Shown: positions 16,568-26,900 of the stretch, one piece after another
Layout: each line of letters opens with the position of its first letter
Position numbering within the stretch: position 1 is the first letter of the stretch
Source of the DNA: the human T2T-CHM13v2.0 reference genome, Homo sapiens
Assembly: GCF_009914755.1 (NCBI RefSeq)
Contig: NC_060927.1
DNA: 64,000 bases
Strand: one strand, 5' to 3'
Made by a program: the position numbers and the translations under genes
The notes under the pieces: generated by a model
What the model was told of the DNA's origin: nothing
Databases searched by the model: none
What the model saw: the letters and a program-made list of their open reading frames with translations, nothing else

Positions 16568-17394
16568 GTTTTAATTTTAAAACAGGAAATGGCATTGCTT
16601 TATTTTCACTAAGTCTATTATTACTTTCTATTTATGGTCAGTAATGCTGCTCTTACATTCATGGTGAGAGTCTGCAAATTCTGTTTGATATGTGAATATA
16701 AGTAAATAAAAGTGAGTGACTTTTTTAAATTAAAATAATAATAATAAAAAAAAAGTGGTCTGCATATTTGGCCCAAAGCAAAAAAGTCTGGGATCAACTC
16801 TCCCTGAACCCCAGCTCTTCCCATCCCAACCACCTATTTTTCCTCAAAAGCCTGGATTTGGGTGTGAAGGTTTTTAGATTCTCCTTTCTTCTTTACCCTT
16901 ATACTCACTTGGGATCCTTCACAACCAGCCTATCAACATAATTTGGGAAAAGTTATTTGTGCAGAAAAGGTCTGGTTCTTTCCTACTGGAGAATTGCAGA
17001 ATAAACAAAACAAATGAATCAATTCAAAGACGCTTTCAGCCTCCAGCAACTGTTGCATTTTTACAATGGTAAAAGGCAGCCAAACCTCTCATTTGCCCAG
17101 AAGTTCTTTCTTTTTCCAATGGTTTTAAATGGCTCTAAAGAGAATGATCCAACTTAGCAGATAAAAGGCCAAGCCTCCTGTATAGAGAGGTCTTAATGTT
17201 TTCTTTTCAGCTTTGGAACCCCCTGATTATTAGCATTGTATCCTTGGACAAGTCACTGAGAGCCTGAATTTCTACACTTGACAAACAAGGACCTACTTCA
17301 CAAGGGAGATAATGAGCATCAGGCACTTAGTTGAGGGTCAGGCACATATAAGGGCTTTAAAGAGCTATTACAATTATTATTATTTTGTTTGTTT

Positions 17395-17700
17395 GTTTTA
17401 ATATATGTATACATTGTGAAATGATTGCCACAATCAAATTAATTATCATGTCCATTACTGCCCAGTTATGATTTGTGTGTGTGGTGAGAACACTTAAGAT
17501 CTATTCTCTTAGCAATTTCAAGTGTACAATGCATTATTATTATTAACTGTAGTTACCATGCTATAAAATAGATCTCCAGAACTTCCTCCGCTCTAATTAA
17601 AACTGTATGTTTTACCAGCATCTCCCTATTCCCCCACCTCCTCCCAGCCCTTGGCAACAACCATCATTCTACTCTCTGCTTCTATGAGCTTGGCTTTTTT
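17395..17700 (-). mobile_element. L1MA (MA8/9-like) 3' end
   Basis: GTGGTGAGAACACTTAAGATCTA...CTCTCTGCTTCTATGAG. Confidence 0.85.
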
Positions 17701-17825
17701 AATTAATTAATTTTTTAATAGACAAATAAAAATTGTATATATTTATCAGGTACAACATATTTTAAAATATGTATGCATTGTTAAATGGCTACATTGAGTG
17801 AATTAACATATGCATTCATCACATC

Positions 17826-18132
17826 TTTTTGTTTGTTTGTTTGTTTGTTTTTTGAGATGGAGTCTCGCTCTGTCGCCCAGGCTGGAGTGAAGTGGCGCAT
17901 GTCAGCTCACTGCAACCTCCACCTCCTGGGTCCAAGTGATTCTTCTGCCTCAGCCTTCTGAATAGCTGGGACTACCGGCATGAGCCACCACGCCTGGCTA
18001 ATTTTTGTATTTTTAGTAGAGATAGGGTTTCATCATATCGGACAGGCTGGTCTCAAACTCCTGACCTTGTGATCTGCCCACCTCGGCCTCCCAAAGTGCT
18101 GGGATTACAGGCATGAACCACCATGCCTGGCC
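17826..18132 (-). mobile_element. AluS with (TTTG)n tail and TSD
   Basis: TSD CATCACATC at 17817-17825 and 18133-18141. Confidence 0.95.
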
Positions 18133-18827
18133 CATCACATCATTTTTTATAGTGAGAACACTTAAAATTTATTCTGTAGTGCTTTTCAAGAAAATAATAC
18201 ATGGTTATTAACCATAGTCATTATGTTGTACAATAGATCTCTTTAATTCATTCCTCCCATAACTGAAATTTTGTATCCTTTGACCAACAATTCTCCAACT
18301 GCCCACCCTCCGCGCCAACTCCTGGTAACCACCATTTTATTCTCTGCCTCTATGAGTTTGACTGTTTAAAATTTCGCATGTAAGTGAGATCATGCAGTAT
18401 TTGTCTTTCTGTGCCTGGCTTATTTCACTTAGTATAATGTCCTCCAGTTTCACCAGTTTGTCTCCAATAACAGGATTCCCTTCTTTTATTAAGGCTGAAT
18501 AATTTTCCAGGGTGTATGTATATCACATTTTCTTTATCCATCATATATTGATGGACACTTAGGTTGATTCTGAATCTTAGCTATTATGAATAATGCTACA
18601 ATAAACATGGGAGTGCAGATATCCTTAGAAGACTTATTTTATTTCCTTTGGATAACTACACACTAGTGGGATTCTGGAATCATATGGTGGTTCTAATTTT
18701 TTGAGGAAGTTCATACTGTTTTCTATAATGGCTGTACTAATGTACATTCTCACCAACAGTGTACATGGGTTGCTTTTTCTCTACAGCTCAGCAACACTTA
18801 TTATCTTTTGTCTTTCTGATAATAGCC

Positions 18828-19224
18828 TGATAAAGAAAAACTTCAGCCAAATTAAATTTAAAGGAGTTTAATTGAGCAATGAACAGTTTGTGAATCGGGC
18901 AGCCTTCTGAGCCAGAGCAGGCTCAGAGACTCCAGTGCAGCTGCGTGGTAGAAGAAGATTTATGGACAGAAAAAGGAAAGTGATGTACAGAAAATGGAAG
19001 TAAAATACAGAAACAGCTGGATTGGTTGCAGCTGGGCGCTTGCCTTATTTGAACAGAGTTCAAACAGTTGGCTACATTTGATTGGCCAAAAGTCAGTGAT
19101 TGGCACAAGGGTAGGCTATGGTTTGTTTATACCTCCGCTTGTTATAGTTCACGATGTACGGAAAAACCTTTAGGCTGAACTTAAAATATGTAAGGAGGCA
19201 GCTTAGGCTAAACTTGATCTAACA
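18828..19224 (-). mobile_element. MER57 (MER57B1-like) ERV1 solo LTR
   Basis: TG...CA ends (TGATAAAGAAAAACTTCAGCC...AACTTGATCTAACA); 4-bp TSD AGCC/AACC. Confidence 0.85.
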
Positions 19225-20384
19225 AACCATTCTAACAAGTGTGAGGTGACATTTTATTGTGACTTGAATTTATAGTCCCCTGATAATTAGGGATATTAAG
19301 CATTTTTTTCATATACTTGGCCATTCATATCTCTTCTTTTGAGAAATCTCTTATTATTATCATCTTCATTATCACTCTAATTATTAATAATGTTCACTAA
19401 CCCATACAGCTACAGTGATTTTTGTTACAACAGGAGCTTTCTGCTTTCAAAAAAAAGTGCTGCTACCTTAAGTAATCATTTATCCTAACTCTAGGCTGCA
19501 ACTTACTATTATTATTATTCATTCAACATTCACTCAACACTTACTTCCTAGAGCCACTGTTTGGGCACTGGGGAAATAGCACTGAACAACACAGAGCAAA
19601 GTCTTTGCCCTGTGGCTCACATTCTGGTGAAGCAGAGAAACAGTACACATAATAAATGAATGTTAATTACAGTATGTTTGGCAGTGATGAATGCTAGAGA
19701 AAAAATAGCCTATGACCTGGCAAAGGCATTACCCATTAAGGTAAAGGACCTATCTCCTAGAGCACTTGAGTTTTGTATCACATAATTCATCAAGGCCTTT
19801 AGATATTACAGTCTGATCTTTGGGCCAGTGGTCTCCCTGTGTCACAAGGCAAGCGGGCCTCAAGAAAGTAAAAAAGGAAAATATTTCCTCTATTTGCTAT
19901 TGCCAAAACTTCCTCCAAGAGGGAAAGGATAGGACAAAAAGTATTTTGTGTGGGTGTGGCAGCCATAGCTAGGCTATCAAATACTATGCACATATGATAT
20001 GCCACTCTCAGTCCCTATAATGGCAGATATGATTAAGGTTTCCTCTTTCCTGCTGAGCCCAGAACCAGCTTCACAAACTTTTTCAGCACAGTTCTCTGGG
20101 CAAGCAACTTTAGTGATTAAAGTTAGCCTAAAAGACTAAATCTATGTGCCATCATAGAGTGCAAAGTTAGGTTTAAATGTAAATATATCTAGCAAAGGTA
20201 TCATACTGACTTAAAATCACACTAAGTCCTAAATGACTGGTCTTCTTCCAAGTGAACATTTTATTGGAGGTAGGGAATGGCTAAGAAGAAATGTTGTTAA
20301 GTGTATAGAGGGGAGGGGCAGAAGGCATGTATGAAGAAAAGGACAGGTTTTATAATCCCACCCACATTTGTATCTGAACATGTG

Positions 20385-20838
20385 TGTATGGCAAACACAC
20401 CTGATAGCAATAACTTAAGCATACCCTAAGAATAACCTTGTATGGCAGATGCACTTGAATGTGGTTAGGTGTCCCAAGCTAAGAATCCAAGAATGGCCAA
20501 CCCAGAGAGTTGTTCCTAATCTATAAGGAACATCTGAGCCCCTGGCCTGTCCAATGGGACATGGCTGTATAGGGAATCAAGGCCCTTTGTTTGGGGTTAA
20601 GTGAAGGTTGCCAGGTAGAGACTGTCACAGGGAGAGTGCTAAGTAAATATGCCATATAAACTGCATGTTTTTTGCAAGTTGCCTGGTTCTCCTGTCCAGC
20701 CCACTGCCACTGGACTCTCTCCCCTGTATGTAAGCCCCCAGTAAAAGCCCATGTCACGTTTCCTGTCTCTGGGTCTCTTCTTCAGCCTCTTGAACCTGGT
20801 GCCATCCCCACTGAAGTTGATAGGTGTTCAGCACAACA
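20385..20838 (+). mobile_element. LTR47 (ERVL) solo LTR
   Basis: TGTATGGCAAACACACCTGATAGCAATAACTTAAGCATACCC...GCACAACA; TATA-like CATATAAA and AGTAAA. Confidence 0.8.
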
Positions 20839-20989
20839 GTGTCATTAGGAATTTCTACAATGTCATAAGCAATGTCATAAGGCATTTCTACACACTCTCA
20901 CTTGAAGGAACCACCTCCATTAGTGTACCTTAGTCTTTCACACAAACACATACCTGAGCCCACAAATAAAGTGCTCAAAAATAGTGGCT

Positions 20990-21860
20990 CTCTTCTTCTA
21001 GTTGTTCAGGCCAAACACCTTGGAGTCCACCACCAAATCCTTTTAGGACAACCTTCAAAAGATTAACAGCCACTTCTTGCCATCCAACCATACCATCCAT
21101 GATAATCCAACCATTTCTTGCCAGCTCTACCCTGACCTCCAAAATCAAGCCACCACCAAGTCTTGGCAAGAAGGGCTACAATAATTCCCCAACAGTCTCA
21201 GCTTCTGCCTGTGATCCTGGACTGTCTATCTCTACTTAGGAGCCTGCTAAAACCTAAGTCAGGTAACATCCCTCCTCTGGCCAAAAACCTCTAGTACCTT
21301 CCTATCTCACCCAGAGTAAAGTCCCACAAGGTCCCTCACGCTCTTGTTCCCAACTGTCTCTCAGGCCGCTTTTCTCTTGCCCTGCTTTGTACTCTTCCTT
21401 CCAGCCCACAGGCCTCCATGCTTTCCTCAAACAGGCCTGCTATGTTTCCATCCCAAGACCTTTTCCCTTGCTGCTGCCTTTGCCTGGGAGACTTTTACTC
21501 CAAGGTGCCATATGGCTTCTTCCTTACTCCAGTCACATCTTCAATGTGGCCATGAGAGGCCCTGCTAGATCACTTGATCTAAGGCAGCACACAAGCCAGC
21601 CCCCACCTCCACCCTCTCCCTCTAATTCTCCTTACCTTGTTTGATAATTCCTCATGGCATTTATCACTTTCTAACCCAATATCCTTCCTTCCTTTCCTCC
21701 CTCCATTCCTTTTTTCCTTCTTTTCGTCACTATCTGTCTTCCAATAGAAAATAAGCTCCATTTGCATAGGGGCATGGTCTGTTCTACTCATTCTTCTGCC
21801 TAGAATAGGATCTGGCCCAGAGCAGGCTGACCAACTCTTTACTAAAAACTCATCCGTCAC
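20990..21860 (+). mobile_element. L2 (L2a-like) 3' fragment
   Basis: CAGGCCAAACACCTTGGAGTC...CTAAAACCTAAGTCAG...ATAAGCTCCAT. Confidence 0.75.
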
Positions 21861-23089
21861 TGAGAACTAGCACCACACCACAGAAGGAAGAAGGCTCTGC
21901 ATCTACAAAATACAGCTGCTTTGTTTGAGTGCTTTGAGCTCTGTCTCCTGTAACTGGGTGACAAAGGTCTAAACACATAATGATAGTGCTGGTGTGATAG
22001 AAAGTGAAAGTTCTTTACTCTTGAAAAAAAGCTAGATTTTATCAAGTGCTGGATTTGCTCAGTGGCATTTAGGTTTTACCGCTATAAAACAATATTCCTA
22101 TTTCTTAAGTTCTTGCTAGGAAAACAAGTAACTTTGATTTTTCAGTCTGAAACTCTCCAGCGCCCCTTAACTATGGCCCCCGAAACAAACATTTTATACT
22201 GAATTTTTGATAACACACAATTTATTAAAATGCAGCTATTACATTAGTGCAGAATAAGCTATATACATTCTAAGATTTAGCATGCTGTCAAAAGGTTTCC
22301 TCATTGGAACTGATAGCTACCCCTAAAGCAGAGATGGTCTTGAGCATATCATTTACCCACTTTAAGCCTCGGTGCCTTTAATCTGTAAAATGAATGGCTA
22401 CACCAGGCTCTCTCTAGCATTTATTCCAAATGATACATTCAGGCAGGCAGGCATGGGATCCAGTGGAAAAGACTTGGGATTTGGAGCTTGAGATCTGGCT
22501 CTGTCACTTACAAGCCACACTGAATCTCATTTTTTTTCATCTATAAAACATTAATCACTGGAAATAACTACCTTGTCTATACCACCTTTTGGTATCTTAG
22601 GACATACATTTGGAGGATCACCAAGACAGGGCTGTGAGGACATCTATTTGGTTTCCCAGGATGAGCAGAGTACCTGACACATCACAGGCACTCACGTGCA
22701 TTTGCTGCGTGGAGGAAAGAATATATGGACAAATAAAAAAACACTTCCACACCTCCCCAGCTGTTGTAAGGACTTACTAAAGCAATGCATGTTGAAAGAG
22801 CTTTTTAAATTCTAAAGTAATACAAATGATAATAATTACTGTGATAGATCTATTTCACATTTGCCCAGTTCAGCCTTGGTTGTCATACTAATTTAATACC
22901 AACATGACTGGAACTGGAAAGAAACTAATATTGATTGAGGTCTTACTATATCCTAAGCAGATACATATGTACGTATGTGCACGTATATAATTTGAGTCTT
23001 CTACCTTTTTAACCAGGTGGGTGTCTTAATGTAGTTATAAGTTCTAGCCAGCAGAAGTCAGAAACTGAGTCAAAACTGAACTCACAAAT

Positions 23090-23320
23090 CAGTCAACAGT
23101 TACTTAGCACTCAGTACTTGCCAGCCTCTATGCGTGGTGCTTTGCAGGCATGGGCACATTCAGTTTTTCAACAGCCTTTGAGGTAACCACAGATACCCCT
23201 TTTTATAGATCAGGAAACACAGACTCAGAGCAGTTAAGTAACTTGCTTCAAGTTAACAGCTAGGAGGTGGCGGGGCCAAAATTTCACTGTCTGACTTCAA
23301 AGTCCATGCCCTTAAGCAGT
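23090..23320 (-). mobile_element. MIR
   Basis: TTTTATAGATCAGGAAACACAGACTCAGAGCAGTTAAGTAACTTGC. Confidence 0.85.
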
Positions 23321-23579
23321 ATATATTATGCAGTACATTCATGTAAGCTTATCACTGAAGGTATGCGGAATAATTCGGGTGCTTTTATTTTTGTTCAATA
23401 AAAAGCTGCTTTAGCACTCTATCACCACTGCCTTAATTTTTTTTTTTTTTTCTAAAATGAAAATCTGTGCCTGGGAATATGGGTATAACTAAAAATGGGA
23501 CAGGAGACCACCCCCAGAAAGACAGGCGGCCCCAGTTTCAAGTTCTTATTTCTCACATTGGCCCTTCTGGTGTGTCCCA

Positions 23580-23765
23580 GCTGTATTGTCATAACCTATA
23601 GGGAAGTTCCGCAGTCAGGAAGGCCAATGACAATATATTTCCCCTGACAACACCCTGGTCCCTTTCTGAGTTATTCAATGACAATTGAAATGTCTTTTCA
23701 ATATTTTCTTTTCCTTTTCAGGGCAAACATGTCCACTTGAGTCATTATGATCATCAGCTGTTCTG
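23580..23765. promoter_or_regulatory. Candidate enhancer (3x ATGACAAT, kB-like, AP-1, p53 half-site)
   Basis: Motif cluster in non-repeat DNA; no functional data. Confidence 0.3.
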
Positions 23766-24163
23766 ATTTGCAAGCAGTTCCTAATTGAGTAGGACTAGTG
23801 AATGCTGTGAGATATGAAATATCTTGCTGCTAAATTGCACACAGGCTGAAGGCAATAAGAATTTGTTTAGCTATGCATAGCGCTTTATATTCAGGGACCA
23901 GTGGTTATGGAGACACTAAAACCAGTCATCATTAGGACAATCCTATCTTGGCTACCAGAGAATGAAGATCCCCACACAGAGCTACCTGAACAGACTAACG
24001 GTCAAGAGGCTGATGAGGCATTAATGAGACCATGAATCAAAATTTACCAAACAAACAGTGCCTCCAAGGCTTCTAGTTGTTTCTGTTTGACTTTATCTTG
24101 GAACTAACTATGGAACAAGATGGCTGTGTTTAGATGTCTTCATTCATGGCCTATCTTTGAACA

Positions 24164-24482
24164 CTGTGTGTGTTTATTTGTTTGTTTGTTTGTTTGAGAC
24201 AGAGTCTTTCTCTCTTATCTGGGCTGGAGTGCAGTGGTATGATCATGGCTTACTGCTGCCTTGACTTCCCAAGCTCAAGAGATCCTCCCATCTCAGCACC
24301 CCAAGTAACTGGGACTACAGGCGTGCACCACCAAGACTGACTAATGTTTTTATTTTTAATTTTTGTAGAGATGGGGTCTCACTGTGTTGCCCAGGCTGCT
24401 CTCAAACTCCTGGGCTCAAGTGATCTTGCCACCTGGGCATCCCAAAGTGCTGGAATTATAGGTATGAGCCACCATGTCTGGC
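24164..24482 (-). mobile_element. AluJ with TSD
   Basis: J-type CTGGGCTCAAG; TSD ATCTTTGAACA at 24153-24163 and 24483-24493. Confidence 0.95.
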
Positions 24483-24739
24483 ATCTTTGAACAATTCTTC
24501 CAAGCAACTATTTTGACTTCATTTCTTTCTAGGAAAAATAAATAAACAAGATCATAGAGTTATATTATACAATATAAAATCCAAATACTGACAAAAGTCA
24601 ACCATATTAGTCACTTTCCACTAAATAAAGTTGTGTCTATGGTTCTTTCTCTGGGAAAATTTACCATGTAGTAACTATCATTTACTTAGTATGTGCTAAG
24701 CACCATGCTGAGAGCTTTGTTCCTAACTCTTAGTTAGGT

Positions 24740-24975
24740 TACCTTAGAAAGCCCCCCACACCTGGGTTATTTCCTAGTTCTATGTTCTAGGTACCTCTCT
24801 GTCATTAAGCTTACCACAAACTCATTTGTTTATTTGACATCTCTCTTGAATTGAACTGTAAGAGTCACTAGAGCCAGGACCATGTCTATCTTTGCCCCCA
24901 TTGTAACCCCAGCCTCTAACATAACACATGAAATACAGCGGATGCTCGATAAACATTTGAGGAATAAATGAAGGA
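24740..24975 (+). mobile_element. L2 3' end
   Basis: CTGTAAGAGTCACTAGAGCCAGGACCATGTC...GCTCGATAAACATTTGAGGAATAAATGAA. Confidence 0.7.
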
Positions 24976-26249
24976 AGCAAGTCGAAGAAACATCCCTGGG
25001 TTGCTATCGCTGTAAGCAGTAGAAGTTGCATTTGAATTCAGACTCCAAAGCCTGTGTTCCTCACCTGCAGCACACGGTCTCTGTCTGAGCTGAATAGTCT
25101 GTTGCATCAAAACACATCAAACAGGAAATAAACAAGAGCAACTATTATTACCACGGTCCCATACAGCCACTAGAGAGCAAAAGGGGTTTCTCTATGACTA
25201 TTGAGGTATATTAAGGACTCATTACAGAATAAACACTACTGGGCACAAAAGCATATGAGAAAAGTTTTAGGAGTACAATGAAATCATGCCCAATCTTTCC
25301 TCAGGGTCCCTTTCCATTCTCTATTTATATTGTTTCCAGTTTATTATTATTATAACTGAACATTTAGGACCCAAGGGATGTTGGCCAGTGGAGCTACAGA
25401 ATTCTCAGTCCTCTGAGGAACCTAGCAACTAGTGTTTTCTTACCTGGCTCTTAGGAGCAAAAGGAGAAAACAAATGTGCATCCCTGAGCTGTTGTCTAGC
25501 ATATAAAAAAGATGCTATTATTAATAACATTTTGTCTTATTAACATTTGTCCTACTGTGATTTATTGGCAGCCAGAAGCCCAAGCTTTAGGATTAGTCAG
25601 ACCTGAATTGAGCCACTTAGTTCTTGTAGGGCCTCCACCAAGTTATGTAACCTCAACCTCTTTCTTCATGCATAAAATAGGATTAGTAATACTATCTACT
25701 TCACATAAGTGCTTGGCATAGAATCTGGCACAGAGGGGAAAAAAAAACAATCATTGGTGCTTATTTTCATCAGCTTCCTCCTAATTATTATTTAGTCAGC
25801 TGTGAGTAAAAAGAACCTAGCGTTGGCCATGGAACCTGGAAATATGACCTTTGACCCTGTCCTGTTAATGCAATTGTAGTGAGTGAATTTTTTTTTACGT
25901 GTTCCCATCCCCGAGCAGTCCCTCCCTCTCTCAAGGACCCGGTGGACTTCCTGGTCTTGGCAAAGTATGCAACACACATTTACCTTTATCCTGCCAGGGA
26001 AGTGAAGGTTTGAGACCATTAAGCTGGGGGCTTCCCACCTACAGTAGCTCCCCAATGCTTCCAGTACAAAGTTTAAACTCCTTAGCTTGCCACTCAATAC
26101 CCAACATCATTTGATCCAAGCAACTTTGAGCTTGACATCAGGGCCAAAAGATGCTTTTTCCACTTAAGAACAGAAATTCAGTCCAGTAGACTAGTGGAGG
26201 ATATGCTAATATTTTACTTCCCTTTCCATCCGGAACAGATAATATGGTA

Positions 26250-26900
26250 AATCATCTGTTCATTTAGTCAGAAATAACTGTTGTTCTAGGTGTTGGGGCT
26301 ATAACTGTGAAAAAGAAGACTTGATTTTATGGAATCCACAGCCTAGTGAAAGAAAGAGACAATAATTAAATGGTGCCATTGTGTATAATCAGTGGATAAT
26401 TATAATTGGAAATAAGTGAAAAGCAAGATAACCATCCTTGGACTGGAAGAGAAAATGCCAAAAGCCCAGAGGAGGGCTAAGAGTTCACCATGTGAAGGAG
26501 GTATCATTGTGTCTAGAGAGAGCCTGGCATAGAATGGATCTGAAAGCCTGATAAGAGGCAGGAGCGCCAAGAGTAAAGGCCAAGCACAAGGAGGCTGGAG
26601 CAATAGGTAGAGCCCAACTGTCCAGTGGGAGGAAGGGGAGGAAATGATGGGAGATAGGCAAGGAGGGGTGACAGCAGGAAGGAAGGAAAATGAACAAATG
26701 CCAGATATATTCAGCAGATAAAATAGAAATAAGCTGCTGATAAAATGGATGACAGGGAAGGGAAGTCCTGAGGGTGTGGCAGGTAGCCAGAATGACTCTG
26801 AGATTTGTGGAGTGTGGAAATAAAAGGATGGAAGTGCCATTTATTAATTTTATTCTTAAAGATACCTTGAGACAGTTGAGAGGATATGATGAGACAACTG
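26250..26900 (-). mobile_element. L2 fragment (L2b/c-like)
   Basis: Purine-rich antisense L2 text (GATATATTCAGCAGATAAAATAG, GGATGGAAGTGCCATTTATT). Confidence 0.6.

Larger units (their letters stand above)
17701..19350 (-). mobile_element. Second L1MA (MA7/8-like) 3' fragment, interrupted by AluS and MER57
   Basis: New 3' end GACAAATAAAAATTGTATAT; L1 text ATAATAGCC|ATTCTAACA resumes after the LTR. Confidence 0.85.

Noticed and set aside
25438-25475. Minus-strand 6-nt microexon or recursive splice site (TTTTGCTCCTAAG AGCCAG GTAAGA)
   Set aside because: Weak AAG acceptor, competing AGs, no clear branch point
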